This document shows, piece after piece, positions 9,349 to 19,278 of a stretch of DNA of 64,000 nucleotides. Source of the DNA: an uncultured Flavobacteriales bacterium (GTDB lineage Bacteria; Bacteroidota; Bacteroidia; Flavobacteriales_D; CAJJDF01). The translations under genes were made by a program, and so were the position numbers. Within the stretch, counting starts at the first letter, position 1. Each line of letters begins with the position of its first letter. The notes under the pieces were generated by a model. That model ran no database searches. It saw only the letters and a program-made list of their open reading frames with translations, and was not told the DNA's origin. The stretch lies in contig CAJJDF010000016.1 in assembly GCA_905182785.1 (NCBI GenBank), forward strand, positions 35,274 through 99,273, written 5' to 3'.

Positions 9349-9420
9349 TTAGTTTATAAAACCACCTACAACTATTCCAATTAATACTGCTAATAAATTT
9401 CTTAAAATTGAATTCCTAAT
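9349..9420 (-). pseudogene. 5' relic of a membrane-protein gene
   Basis: Reads (I)RNSILRNLLAVLIGIVVGGFIN* with no usable start; looks like an N-terminal TM helix cut short. Confidence 0.4.
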
Positions 9421-9457
9421 ATTTGTTCTTTCTTCAAGATTAATAAAACTTTTGTTT

Positions 9458-10510
9458 TTAACAACAAGAAGCTGCATCCCCATTTTCTCTAGCGGTAAAA
9501 GGAATATTTCCTCCACAACCTTCAAAAATTCCGAAATGTGTATCCCAAGTTCCGTGAAAATCAAAGTGTTTTTTGAACCTTGTTTCGTGCAACATATTGT
9601 AAGTGTTTCCACAAACCGACATTACTTTTCCTTTAGGAAAATAGTGGTGCTCGTCCAATAAAAACCCTAATTCTTCTTCAGGGATTCCTCCTTTGTAAGC
9701 CACTGCTTGTCCGTAATCTTCACAATCCGATTCTAATCCCTCTATTTTCCACAAACGGTAAGTTACTGAGTAAAATTTGATGTCTCCCACCAATTCTTCT
9801 ACAGCTTCGTTTTCTATTGTAATGGGTTTGTCTTCAATTGCTCTAGGATCTGTAAATCCTGCTTTTTTTGCTGTTCTCAAGAAATCATTCCAGTACAAAG
9901 CTCCGCTTAAACATTCGCCCCACAATACTTTGTCTTCTTGTAAATGTTGTGGAATTCTACAATCGCTATACACATCAGAGAAATACATTTCTCCACCTGG
10001 TTTAAGTAGTTCATAAGCATCTTGTAATACTTTTAGTTTATCGGTAGCTAAGTTTATCACACAGTTAGAAATAATAACGTCAAACGAACCTTTTTCAAGA
10101 TTCAATTCATCCAATTTCTCTATGTTTCCTTTTATGAATTCTACGTTAGATTTTGCATAACCAAATTGTTTTCTGTGGTATTCAATTCCATCATTTGCAA
10201 CTTTTAGTTGTTCGTCTGTCATGTCTACCCCAATCACGTATCCATTTTCACCTACAAGTTTCCCTGCAATGTAACAATCACGTCCACTTCCAGAACCTAA
10301 ATCTAGGATTCTTAATCCTTTTACATCCGAAGGGATTGTAAGTCCACACCCGTAATATTTTGCATTTACTTCATCCGAGACTAAGTTCAAAGCCTCCATA
10401 ATGTGTTTGGGTGGTTTGCTCAAAGTGCAACAAGCATTTGTTTTTAAATCTTCTGATTTTTGCAATTCTGTTCCGTAATAATCTTGTACTTCTTGGTGTA
10501 TGTTTTTCAT
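9458..10510 (-). CDS. arsM: Arsenite methyltransferase (ArsM/AS3MT-like)
   Basis: TNACC, YYGCG, LDLGSGSGRDC, SNCVINL, GECLSGAL, CEDYGQ; C-terminal CC. Confidence 0.8.
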   Translation of the reverse strand: MKNIHQEVQDYYGTELQKSEDLKTNACCTLSKPPKHIMEALNLVSDEVNAKYYGCGLTIPSDVKGLRILDLGSGSGRDCYIAGKLVGENGYVIGVDMTDEQLKVANDGIEYHRKQFGYAKSNVEFIKGNIEKLDELNLEKGSFDVIISNCVINLATDKLKVLQDAYELLKPGGEMYFSDVYSDCRIPQHLQEDKVLWGECLSGALYWNDFLRTAKKAGFTDPRAIEDKPITIENEAVEELVGDIKFYSVTYRLWKIEGLESDCEDYGQAVAYKGGIPEEELGFLLDEHHYFPKGKVMSVCGNTYNMLHETRFKKHFDFHGTWDTHFGIFEGCGGNIPFTARENGDAASCC

Positions 10511-10648
10511 GTTGATTTTTGGTATTCTTCTCGGTAATAATTTACGATAATGAAGTCGTTTTGGATTGTTTTATCTTACGAAATAGATATTATTATTGTC
10601 AGATAAAATTATTAGGATTCAAGAATTTGTTAGGTTTACTTATAAAGT

Positions 10649-11290
10649 TTATAATTTCCTAGCTACCATTAATCCATCTCTCACAGGAAATAACACATTT
10701 TCTACACGAGAATCTTCGTGTATTTTTTTATTGTACTCGTCTAGTGATTTTGTGTCTACATCAGTTTTCACATCTTCTTGTACTACTTTTCCACTCCACA
10801 ATACATTGTCGGCAATGATATAACCGCCTTTGTTTACTTTGTCAATCGCCAAGTCATAGTAATTAGAATAATTGTGTTTGTCAGCATCTATGAATACTAA
10901 GTCAAACTTCATATCAAGAGTAGGAATTATATCTATTGCATTTCCAATTCTCATGTCAATTTGGTCTGTGTAGCCCGCTTTTTCAAAATAAGAATTAGCC
11001 ATTGTTTCCAACTCGTTATTGATATCAATGGTAATTAATTTTCCATCTTTTTGCATTCCTTCTGCAAAACAAATAGCTGAATAGCCAGTATAAGTTCCAA
11101 TTTCTAAGATGTTTTTTGGTTGTATCATGTGGCTAAACATACTTAATATTCTTCCTTGAATATGGCCAGAAAGCATTCTTGGAATAAGTACTTTCATATG
11201 CGTTTCTCTGTTTAATTCGTACAATACATCACTTTCTTTGGCAGTGTGTATTCCTGTGTAATCATCTATTTCTGCGGGTAAAAAATCCAT
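10649..11290 (-). CDS. O-methyltransferase (CCoAOMT/COMT family)
   Basis: LEIGTYTGYS, FIDADK, DNVLWSG, RDGL. Confidence 0.9.
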   Translation of the reverse strand: MDFLPAEIDDYTGIHTAKESDVLYELNRETHMKVLIPRMLSGHIQGRILSMFSHMIQPKNILEIGTYTGYSAICFAEGMQKDGKLITIDINNELETMANSYFEKAGYTDQIDMRIGNAIDIIPTLDMKFDLVFIDADKHNYSNYYDLAIDKVNKGGYIIADNVLWSGKVVQEDVKTDVDTKSLDEYNKKIHEDSRVENVLFPVRDGLMVARKL

Positions 11291-11292
11291 AG

Positions 11293-12402
11293 TTAGTTTT
11301 TAATAAATTGTTTTGAAATGTATTGGTTATCAAGGATTACTTTAATGATGTAATATCCAGGGTTTAATTCGGATAAGAATAGAGTAAACTCAGGTTTATA
11401 AGAAAATTGATTTTCTTGCACTACTTTTCCTTGTAGATCTATAATTTGATATTTAATTTTTTTTGAGGGAGCAGTAATATTCTTTAGGAATATCCTAAAA
11501 TAATCGGAAGCAGGGTTTGGCATTGCCTGTAAATCAGGAGATTTTTCAATCTCAATTCTTCCTAAATATCCGGAAAGTGTCAGTTCATATAATTTTGGAT
11601 CAGGAAAAAAACTGTGATCTTCTTGCGAAATGTAAACCGTATTGGCATCCGAAAAACAAATTCCTTCTTTTTGAGTAAGGGGATAAACATTGGAAGAGCT
11701 AGTTCCGTCAAAGAAATCATTTCCTATGTAGTTGTCAAAAATAAAGACTCTGTCCATAGAAAGTACGGCTAGTTTTCCAGAGGAATGAATGTCTGCTCCG
11801 GTTATTAATCCAGAAGGAAAACTATCTAGCAATAAAGCAGAATATGTTCCGGCAGAATCGGGTAATTGATATAATTTAGAATAGCCAGATGTTCCCCAGT
11901 TTTTGGAAATGAGGTACAAATTATTTCCATGATGAAACAAAGCTTCACAATCGGAATTTTTGTTTGGGTCTGGGAAAGTCACTTGATCTTGGTAAGCGTA
12001 ATTAATGATTTCTGGTGTCACATTATTCCCCACAATAGAATCTGGATTTGGGATTTTATAAATTCTCAAATTGGTTCGGTTGTGGCTATTGTTTCCAATA
12101 TCTCCAATGTAGTAATTGCCTAAATTATCTTGTGTAATGTCTTCAAAATCTATATTAGTTGCTCCGTTCAAATAAATGGAATCTAATTGAATTCCGTTAG
12201 AATCTATGTTGTAAATAATGGGACCATCTCCACCGTCATTGTGAGTCCAAAAAGAATTATCATCCACATAAACTAAACCCGAATTCTCATTGAGATAGGA
12301 GGGGAGAATGGAAACTAATCTTAGGTTTTGAGAAAATAATACATAGCCCATTCCTATAAAAAATGTCGTTAAAAGAAAAGATTTTATTTGAATTAGATTC
12401 AT
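11293..12402 (-). CDS. T9SS type A cargo protein (beta-propeller-like)
   Basis: ENSGL, WTHNDGG, DFEDI, GDIGNN motifs; CTD PNPA...GYYIIKV...KQFIKN. Confidence 0.8.
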   Translation of the reverse strand: MNLIQIKSFLLTTFFIGMGYVLFSQNLRLVSILPSYLNENSGLVYVDDNSFWTHNDGGDGPIIYNIDSNGIQLDSIYLNGATNIDFEDITQDNLGNYYIGDIGNNSHNRTNLRIYKIPNPDSIVGNNVTPEIINYAYQDQVTFPDPNKNSDCEALFHHGNNLYLISKNWGTSGYSKLYQLPDSAGTYSALLLDSFPSGLITGADIHSSGKLAVLSMDRVFIFDNYIGNDFFDGTSSSNVYPLTQKEGICFSDANTVYISQEDHSFFPDPKLYELTLSGYLGRIEIEKSPDLQAMPNPASDYFRIFLKNITAPSKKIKYQIIDLQGKVVQENQFSYKPEFTLFLSELNPGYYIIKVILDNQYISKQFIKN

Positions 12403-12416
12403 GTTAAACTAGCTAT

Positions 12417-12443
12417 TTGCCATTTCAATTTTTAAATGGCAAT
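12417..12443. terminator. Hairpin/possible terminator
   Basis: TTGCCATTT...AAATGGCAA inverted repeat in the intergenic gap. Confidence 0.45.
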
Positions 12444-12476
12444 AATGATTCTCAAAAATAATAGAAACAATCGGTT

Positions 12477-13211
12477 CTACTGGCTTATAAAGTTATAAAT
12501 AATGTAACCCGTTTGCGAATTACTTCCTTCTAAATCTGAAGAAACTCGAGTAGTTTTTTTGGCAAATTTTAATGCTGTATTCAAAATACATTCACTCTTA
12601 ACAGTAGATTTAGAGGGAATAACACGAGCATTTTTTACTCTCCCAATTTTGTCTACGTTAATCTCTATGTACACTTTTCCGCCTCCTTTACAGATGTAGG
12701 CAGGAGTTTTGGTGGAACATTCTCTGCCAGGAACGTTACATTCTTTAGTGACTTTTCCGGCAAAAGCATTTTCTTTTTTGCTTTCTGTTTTTTCTTTTTT
12801 ATCGTCCTTTTTGGTTGGTTTTGTTTCAAATTTTGAGAGATCAAAACCTTCAATTCCTTTCTCTCTTAGTTCTTCTACCGATTTTTTGTTTTCTGCCTCA
12901 ACAGCTTCCAGTTGTTTTTGCTCTATCTCACTTTCACTGTAGTCTTCGTAACTCTGGTTTCGGATATCCTGAATGTCTTTCATCAAATCTTTAAGTGTTT
13001 GATTGTTCTCAGGTGTTTGAATTTCTTCCTCGGGATTTATTATTTTCTCAATCTCTTCGGGATCTTTAAAATCCAATTCTAGAATAGCAGTATTTGGAAT
13101 AACGTATACTTTCGTTTCTAAAGTAGAAATATTAAAATACAGAAGAGCCGCAACATGAATTACAAGAGTAATCAAGATAGCAATAAGACTTCCTTTTCCG
13201 TATCTATTCAT
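12477..13211 (-). CDS. TonB-like energy transducer
   Basis: N-terminal TM with His, charged linker, C-terminal PAYICKGGGKVYIEINVDKIGRV fold. Confidence 0.7.
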   Translation of the reverse strand: MNRYGKGSLIAILITLVIHVAALLYFNISTLETKVYVIPNTAILELDFKDPEEIEKIINPEEEIQTPENNQTLKDLMKDIQDIRNQSYEDYSESEIEQKQLEAVEAENKKSVEELREKGIEGFDLSKFETKPTKKDDKKEKTESKKENAFAGKVTKECNVPGRECSTKTPAYICKGGGKVYIEINVDKIGRVKNARVIPSKSTVKSECILNTALKFAKKTTRVSSDLEGSNSQTGYIIYNFISQ

Positions 13212-13357
13212 GGATTTATTAGTGTGCAGCAGTCAACTATTATTAATACCCTAAAAATAGAAAAGAATACGGTCAAAACTTAATTTTGAGTGAAAATACT
13301 TATTGAATTTAAACCAATTATAAAACATATAAAATTGGTTTAAATTGTAAGAATTTG

Positions 13358-13365
13358 TATGTTTG
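13358..13365 (+). promoter_or_regulatory. Bacteroidota -7 promoter element
   Basis: TATGTTTG matches TAnnTTTG, about 30 nt upstream of the start. Confidence 0.5.
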
Positions 13366-13393
13366 TTTTATAAATATAATAAAATACAGATAG

Positions 13394-13711
13394 ATGGATG
13401 ATGTAGCAAATAGAGATGAAGTTTATTCAAATGCAGTAAGAGCGGGGAAGAGAACCTATTTTTTTGATGTAAAAGCAACAAGAGGAAATGACTTGTATGT
13501 AACAATTACAGAGAGTAAAAAGAAGTATAAAGAGGATGGGGAGTTCTTTTATGAAAAACACAAACTGTTTTTATACAAAGAAGATTTCGAAAAATTTAAA
13601 GATGGATTCGATGACGTATTAAATAAGATTAGTGAATTAAGAGCTACAGGAGATTATAAAGAAGACAACAAAGAAGATTATACTTCGGAAGTAAAGTTTG
13701 AAGATTTGTAG
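13394..13711 (+). CDS. PUR-family (DUF3276) nucleic-acid-binding protein
   Basis: RAGKRTYFFDVK, ITESKK, HKLFLYKEDF. Confidence 0.9.
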   Translation: MDDVANRDEVYSNAVRAGKRTYFFDVKATRGNDLYVTITESKKKYKEDGEFFYEKHKLFLYKEDFEKFKDGFDDVLNKISELRATGDYKEDNKEDYTSEVKFEDL

Positions 13712-13732
13712 AGTTTAATTTTAAGATTTTAA

Positions 13733-13768
13733 GAAAGAGTAGTTGATGATTCAGCTGCTCTTTTTTTT
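13733..13768 (+). terminator. Intrinsic terminator
   Basis: AAGAGTAGTTGA/TCAGCTGCTCTT stem followed by a T tract. Confidence 0.7.
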
Positions 13769-13879
13769 GTTTCTTTTTTCTTCTTTTTGATTTGATTACA
13801 TCAATGAGTTTATTGAATTTGTATTTACGCATTCATTTTCTTAACGTAAATTTCAACATATTGGAAAAGTGTAGAGAAT

Positions 13880-14740
13880 TTATCCTGCTCTAAAAGAACC
13901 TAATTCAGGCTTCTCATCAATTATTCCAGCGAAATGTAAGGTATGCAACACATTCTTTAGAAGTTTATCGCTAATTTGGTTATTTACACTCCATTCGGTA
14001 GCGTGAAACCATTGCTCTACGTCTTCTATTTCTTGGTTGTATCGTTCACTCACTTCTTCTATTGAAGTAGGTGAGGTCATAAACTGTTTGGAAGTAAAAT
14101 AAATTACTTTCAACATTTTATCAATCGCTTTTTTTTCTTGGTCCAGAATATTATTGGTGGCAGCAATCATAAAACAAGGCCAAGGCGTAACGTAATCTCC
14201 CAAGTGTTTTAAAGTTCCATTGTCTACATAAGGTTTGGTAGTATATTTTTCCCAATAGAAAGCATCTGTTTCATTCTTGGTAAGTGACTCGAGAGCTCCT
14301 TCCAGATTCTTAATGATATTAAATTGAGATTTTTCTAGCTTAATTTTCTTTGAATTAGCATCTACAATCGGCATTAAATGAGAACCTGAACCAAACCTAC
14401 TTATTGCATATTTCTTATCGTAAATTTCTCCGTAGTGATTTATAGGATTGTTTTTTCCTGTGTAAAGTCCCCAAATAAGTGGAGTATTCAAATACTTTCC
14501 AATCAGTTTAGATGGGTTCCCATTTACAATGTCCGATACAATTCCTTCGGTCAATAAAATACACACATCTATTTCATCATTTCTAAGAGCTTTGGTCATT
14601 TGACCTGTTCCCCCTTTAAAAACTGTCCATTCTACTTCAATTCCTTCTTTTTCGAACAATCCATTTTCCATTGCCAAGTGCCAAGGAAGATTAAAGTGCT
14701 CGGGTACCCCGCCAACTCTTATTTTGGTTAATTTTTTCAA
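13880..14740 (-). CDS. Type 2 periplasmic-binding-fold protein (Ca3427-like)
   Basis: GGVPEHFNLP, GGTG, LTEG, SRFGSGSH, WEKYTTKPY, TPWPCF. Confidence 0.8.
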   Translation of the reverse strand: MKKLTKIRVGGVPEHFNLPWHLAMENGLFEKEGIEVEWTVFKGGTGQMTKALRNDEIDVCILLTEGIVSDIVNGNPSKLIGKYLNTPLIWGLYTGKNNPINHYGEIYDKKYAISRFGSGSHLMPIVDANSKKIKLEKSQFNIIKNLEGALESLTKNETDAFYWEKYTTKPYVDNGTLKHLGDYVTPWPCFMIAATNNILDQEKKAIDKMLKVIYFTSKQFMTSPTSIEEVSERYNQEIEDVEQWFHATEWSVNNQISDKLLKNVLHTLHFAGIIDEKPELGSFRAG

Positions 14741-14755
14741 TTCTAATTTTATATC

Positions 14756-14797
14756 GGTCTTCGATACATTTCTCTTTCAGAAAAACACTAAGCCCTC
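14756..14797 (-). repeat. Dispersed REP-like hairpin, long-loop variant
   Basis: Reverse complement matches 59883-59924 at 34/42 positions (manual alignment). Confidence 0.65.
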
Positions 14798-14814
14798 GGT
14801 TTTTTAAATCAGAA

Positions 14815-14853
14815 CCCTGAGGTTTTTAGCTTGCTGAAAAGAAACTCGAAGGG
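14815..14853 (+). repeat. REP-like hairpin (CCCT-GA...GA-AGGG)
   Basis: CCCTGAGGTTTTT...AAACTCGAAGGG, inverted next to the 14756 element. Confidence 0.55.
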
Positions 14854-14863
14854 TAGTTTCGGA

Positions 14864-15451
14864 TTACTTTTTAATAAATTTCATTTTATAATCTACTGGT
14901 ACAATTCCTTTACTAATGTCAGTCAATTTTCTTTTAATTAATCTCTTTTTCAATGGAGATAAATAATCGGTAAATAACTTAGCTTCAATGTGATCGTATT
15001 CATGCTGAACTACACGAGCAGCAAGTCCAGTTAATTCTTCTTCTACCAATTCCCATTTCTCATTATAGTAAGAAATAACTACTTTATCTTGTCTAAAAAC
15101 CTCTTCTCTTATTCCGGGAATACTTAAACATCCTTCTTCAAATCCCCATTCTTCTCCAGTTTCTTCCTCTATGATTGGATTGATAAAAACTCTCTTAAAT
15201 GTTTTAAGAAATTCATTTTCTTTCTCTTCTTCCTCATTTTCTGCTTCATCTTCTGCAAAAGGAGATCCATCAATAATAAAAAGCCTTAGTGCTTTTCCAA
15301 TTTGTGGAGCAGCTAAACCTACACCTCTCGATCCATACATGGTTTCGAACATGTTTTCGATAAGTGTTTTCGTTTCCTCATTCAATTCCTCAATTTCTTG
15401 AGTCTCTTTTCTCAAAATAGGATGTCCGTAGGCATATATTGGTAATATCAT
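14864..15451 (-). CDS. def: Peptide deformylase
   Basis: GVGLAAPQ, EGCLS, QHEYDH. Confidence 0.96.
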   Translation of the reverse strand: MILPIYAYGHPILRKETQEIEELNEETKTLIENMFETMYGSRGVGLAAPQIGKALRLFIIDGSPFAEDEAENEEEEKENEFLKTFKRVFINPIIEEETGEEWGFEEGCLSIPGIREEVFRQDKVVISYYNEKWELVEEELTGLAARVVQHEYDHIEAKLFTDYLSPLKKRLIKRKLTDISKGIVPVDYKMKFIKK

Positions 15452-15457
15452 TGTTAT

Positions 15458-15886
15458 TTATTTTAAGTAAGAATAAGATTGTGAATCCAAATAAGATTGA
15501 AGAATAATAGTTGCACTAATTTTGTCTACCATTTTTTTATCTCTTCGGTCTTTCTTTTTCATTCCTCCTGCAAACATAGCTTGTTTGGCTAGTTTGGAAG
15601 TAAATCTTTCATCTACTCGTTCTACTTTTATTTCTGGGTATAGCTTCCCAATTTTTTTTGCTAATGTATCCGAAGGTTTGGTTGCATCTGTAGGTAAATT
15701 CTGAAGATTCATAGGTTTTCCTACTACAATGCATTCAATCTCTTCTTTGGTTGTCAATTCTTTTAAATAATTATAGATTTCATTGGTCGCCACCGTATCC
15801 AATCCAGTTGCAAATATCTTTGATGCATCTGTAATGGCAATACCAGTTCGTTTCATTCCGTAATCTATTGCAAGAATTTTACCCAT
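15458..15886 (-). CDS. ruvX: YqgF/RuvX RNase H-fold nuclease
   Basis: AIDYGMKRTGIA, DERFTS, DKISATIILQ. Confidence 0.93.
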   Translation of the reverse strand: MGKILAIDYGMKRTGIAITDASKIFATGLDTVATNEIYNYLKELTTKEEIECIVVGKPMNLQNLPTDATKPSDTLAKKIGKLYPEIKVERVDERFTSKLAKQAMFAGGMKKKDRRDKKMVDKISATIILQSYLDSQSYSYLK

Positions 15887-15890
15887 GCCA

Positions 15891-15898
15891 CAAAAGTA
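15891..15898 (-). promoter_or_regulatory. -7 promoter element 4 nt upstream of the ruvX ATG
   Basis: Minus strand TACTTTTG-TGGC-ATG. Confidence 0.6.
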
Positions 15899-16279
15899 CG
15901 AGTTTTTTATTAGTTTGGAATGATAGAGTTTAGAATATTTATTTCTGCTATTAATATGATTTTTTCTTCTTTTTACCTTGATACTTCAAGTTCCTAAAAG
16001 TACAAGCTCCAAAAAAGAAACAAAAAAACTCAAGACTGGTTAAAAATGACTAAAAATGACTTCTTATTTCTAAAACAAAAAGACTAGTTCGTGTCCTATA
16101 TTTTAAATTACATAATTCAATACAGAACTCAAATAGTTTTTTGTTTCTTAATGAAAGAAAAATTTATTTTCTTAACGTTAATTTCAAAAGGTTGGATAAA
16201 TTTCAATTAGTGTTAAAAAAAGGAGAACTTATTTTTTTACCTAAAACAACATAAAGCTGAATATTTATTATCTTTCATT

Positions 16280-17251
16280 ATGAAAAGAATTGGAGTTTTT
16301 ACATCAGGAGGAGATTCACCAGGAATGAATGCTTGTATTAGAGCAGTAGTAAGAACTGCCATTTACAATGGGGTGGAAGTGATTGGAATAAATCGCGGGT
16401 ATAATGGAATAGTAGATAATGACTTCATTGAACTTAAATCTCATTCTGTTGCGAATATATTACAGAAAGGAGGAACCATTTTGAAATCGGCAAGGAGTAA
16501 AAGTTTTTTTACTGAAGAAGGAAGGAAATCTGCTTTTGAAAACATATCACAGGCAGGAATTGAAGGCATAATTGCTATTGGCGGAGATGGAACCTTTACA
16601 GGAGCCCATATTTTTAATCAAGAGTACAACATTCCATTTATAGGAATTCCAGGAACTATTGACAATGATTTGTACGGGACAGATGAAACGATAGGTTACG
16701 ACACTGCTTTGAATACTGTGGTAGATTGTGTGGATAAAATACGCGATACTGCGAGTTCCCACAATCGATTATTCTTTGTAGAAGTAATGGGAAAAGATGC
16801 TGGATTTATTGCACTTAGAAGTGGAATAGGAGTGGGAGCAGAAGCAATTTTGGTCCCAGAGACAAAGACTTACATCAATAAATTAATAGCAAAACTAGAA
16901 GCAGGAAGAAGAAAAAGTAAAACCAGTGGAATTGTAATAGTTGCCGAAGGTGATAATGCTGGTGGCGCATATGAAATAGCTAGAAAAGTAAAAGAAAAAT
17001 TTAATTTTTATGACACCAGAGTCTCTGTACTGGGTCATTTACAAAGAGGTGGAAAGCCGAGTGCTAGAGATAGAGTTTTGGCAAGTCAATTGGGATTTTC
17101 TGCTGTGGAGAATTTAATTGCTGGAGAAACCAATAAAATGGTGGGAATGGAGAATAACAAAGTAGTTCTAACCCCATTCGAGAAAGCAATAAAATACAAC
17201 AAGGAATTGAACCCTAATTTATTGAAATTAGTGGAGGTTTTGAGTATTTAG
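16280..17251 (+). CDS. pfkA: ATP-dependent 6-phosphofructokinase
   Basis: TSGGDSPGMN, GGDGT, GTIDND, EVMG, LGHLQRGG. Confidence 0.97.
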   Translation: MKRIGVFTSGGDSPGMNACIRAVVRTAIYNGVEVIGINRGYNGIVDNDFIELKSHSVANILQKGGTILKSARSKSFFTEEGRKSAFENISQAGIEGIIAIGGDGTFTGAHIFNQEYNIPFIGIPGTIDNDLYGTDETIGYDTALNTVVDCVDKIRDTASSHNRLFFVEVMGKDAGFIALRSGIGVGAEAILVPETKTYINKLIAKLEAGRRKSKTSGIVIVAEGDNAGGAYEIARKVKEKFNFYDTRVSVLGHLQRGGKPSARDRVLASQLGFSAVENLIAGETNKMVGMENNKVVLTPFEKAIKYNKELNPNLLKLVEVLSI

Positions 17252-17265
17252 AAAAGATTAGAAAC

Positions 17266-17305
17266 AAAAAAAAATCCCCAATTGCGATAAGCAATTGGGG
17301 ATTTT
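17266..17305. terminator. Bidirectional terminator pfkA/dnaK
   Basis: AAAATCCCCAATTGC-gataa-GCAATTGGGGATTTT. Confidence 0.9.
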
Positions 17306-17326
17306 AAATTTATATGAATTGTGAGA

Positions 17327-19222
17327 TTATTTCTCTTCAGTCACTTCTTCAAAGTCAACATCCGTTACTTCTTCGTCACCTTCGTTAGATTCAGCTCCTC
17401 CTTCTGGTTGAGCTCCTCCTTCTGGTGATGCGTACATTTCTTGACTAGCTGCTTGGAAAACTGTATTTAGTTTTTCAATTCCTGCTTTCATTGCATCCAA
17501 ATCTGCTGTTTCATGAGCTGCTTTTAATGCAACTAACGCTTCTTCAATTGGTGCTTTTTTGTCTGCTGGAATCTTATCTCCATACTCTTCAAGTTGTTTT
17601 TCCGTTTGGAAAATCAAACTATCTGCTTCGTTTACTGTTTCAGCTTGTTCTTTCTTTTTGTTGTCTTCGTCAGCATTTGCTTCTGCTTCTTGCTTCATTT
17701 TTTCAATATCTGCTTCACTCAATCCTGAAGAAGCTTCAATTCTAATGTTTTGCTCTTTACCAGTTGCTTTGTCTTTTGCCGATACATTGATGATTCCGTT
17801 AGCATCAATATCAAAGATTACCTCTACTTGTGGTTCTCCTCTTCTTGCTGGTGGAATATCAGTTAATTGAAATCTTCCTAGCGTTCTGTTGTCAGCTGCC
17901 ATTGGTCTTTCTCCTTGTAATACATGGATATCTACCGCTGGTTGGTTATCTGCTGCTGTAGAGAATACCTGAGATTTTTTTGTTGGAATAGTTGTGTTTG
18001 ATTCAATTAATCTTGTCAATACACCTCCCATAGTTTCAATCCCAAGAGATAATGGAGTTACATCAAGTAACAATACATCTTTTACTTCTCCTGTAAGAAC
18101 TCCTCCTTGAATTGCTGCACCAATTGCTACAACTTCATCAGGATTTACTCCTTTAGACGCTTCTTTACCAAAGTATTTTTTTACTGCATCTTGTACAGCT
18201 GGGATTCTTGTAGAACCTCCTACCAAGATAACTTCATCAATATCACTGTTTGATAATCCTGCAGCTTTCATTGCAGTTTTACATGGCTCGATTGTTCTTT
18301 TTACCAAGTCATCAATCAATTGCTCAAATTTTGCTCTAGTCATACTTCTTACCAAATGCTTTGGAATTCCGTCTACTGGCATGATATAAGGCAAGTTGAT
18401 TTCTGAAGTAGCTGTACTAGATAATTCAATCTTAGCTTTTTCAGCAGCTTCTTTCAATCTTTGTAATGCCATAGGATCTTCTCTTAAGTCAATTCCTTCG
18501 TCACTTTTAAATTCTTCGGCCAACCAATCAATAATTTTTTGATCTACATCATCCCCACCTAAGTGAGTATCTCCGTCAGTTGAAAGTACTTCAAATACTC
18601 CGTCTCCTAATTCAAGGATAGAAACATCATGAGTTCCTCCACCAAAATCAAAAACAACTATTTTTTGGTCTATGTCTTTTTTGTCCAATCCATAAGCTAA
18701 TGCTGCTGCAGTTGGCTCATTTATGATTCTTTTGATAGTTAATCCAGCAATTTCTCCAGCTTCTTTAGTAGCTTGTCTTTGCGAATCATTAAAATATGCA
18801 GGTACTGTAACTACAGCTTCAGTAACTGTTGTACCCAAATAATCTTCAGCAGTTTTCTTCATTTTTTGAAGAACCATTGCAGATATTTCTTGTGGAGTAT
18901 ATAATCTATCGTCTATTTTTACTCTTGGTGTATTGTTGTCTCCTTTAACTACTTTGTAAGGTACTCTTGCGATTTCCTTTTTACATTCGTCAAATTTGTT
19001 ACCCATAAATCTCTTGATAGAGTAAATTGTTTTTGTTGGGTTAGTGATCGCTTGTCTTTTTGCAGGATCTCCTACCTTTCTTTCTCCTCCTTCAACAAAA
19101 GCAACTACAGAGGGTGTAGTTCTTTTACCTTCGCTATTAGGAATTACTACCGGCTCATTTCCTTCCATTACGGAAACACATGAGTTAGTCGTCCCTAAAT
19201 CTATTCCTATTATTTTGCCCAT
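17327..19222 (-). CDS. dnaK: Chaperone DnaK
   Basis: [24 protein letters not shown]. Confidence 0.98.
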   Translation of the reverse strand: MGKIIGIDLGTTNSCVSVMEGNEPVVIPNSEGKRTTPSVVAFVEGGERKVGDPAKRQAITNPTKTIYSIKRFMGNKFDECKKEIARVPYKVVKGDNNTPRVKIDDRLYTPQEISAMVLQKMKKTAEDYLGTTVTEAVVTVPAYFNDSQRQATKEAGEIAGLTIKRIINEPTAAALAYGLDKKDIDQKIVVFDFGGGTHDVSILELGDGVFEVLSTDGDTHLGGDDVDQKIIDWLAEEFKSDEGIDLREDPMALQRLKEAAEKAKIELSSTATSEINLPYIMPVDGIPKHLVRSMTRAKFEQLIDDLVKRTIEPCKTAMKAAGLSNSDIDEVILVGGSTRIPAVQDAVKKYFGKEASKGVNPDEVVAIGAAIQGGVLTGEVKDVLLLDVTPLSLGIETMGGVLTRLIESNTTIPTKKSQVFSTAADNQPAVDIHVLQGERPMAADNRTLGRFQLTDIPPARRGEPQVEVIFDIDANGIINVSAKDKATGKEQNIRIEASSGLSEADIEKMKQEAEANADEDNKKKEQAETVNEADSLIFQTEKQLEEYGDKIPADKKAPIEEALVALKAAHETADLDAMKAGIEKLNTVFQAASQEMYASPEGGAQPEGGAESNEGDEEVTDVDFEEVTEEK

Positions 19223-19278
19223 ATTAATTTGTATTGTTTTTTATTAAATAATTTACGATTACTTCTATTCAATCTTTA

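Noticed and set aside
9349-9612. 87-aa ORF overlapping the arsM 3' end
   Set aside because: Mostly an alternative frame of arsM; only the last 24 or so codons look protein-like and are reported as a relic
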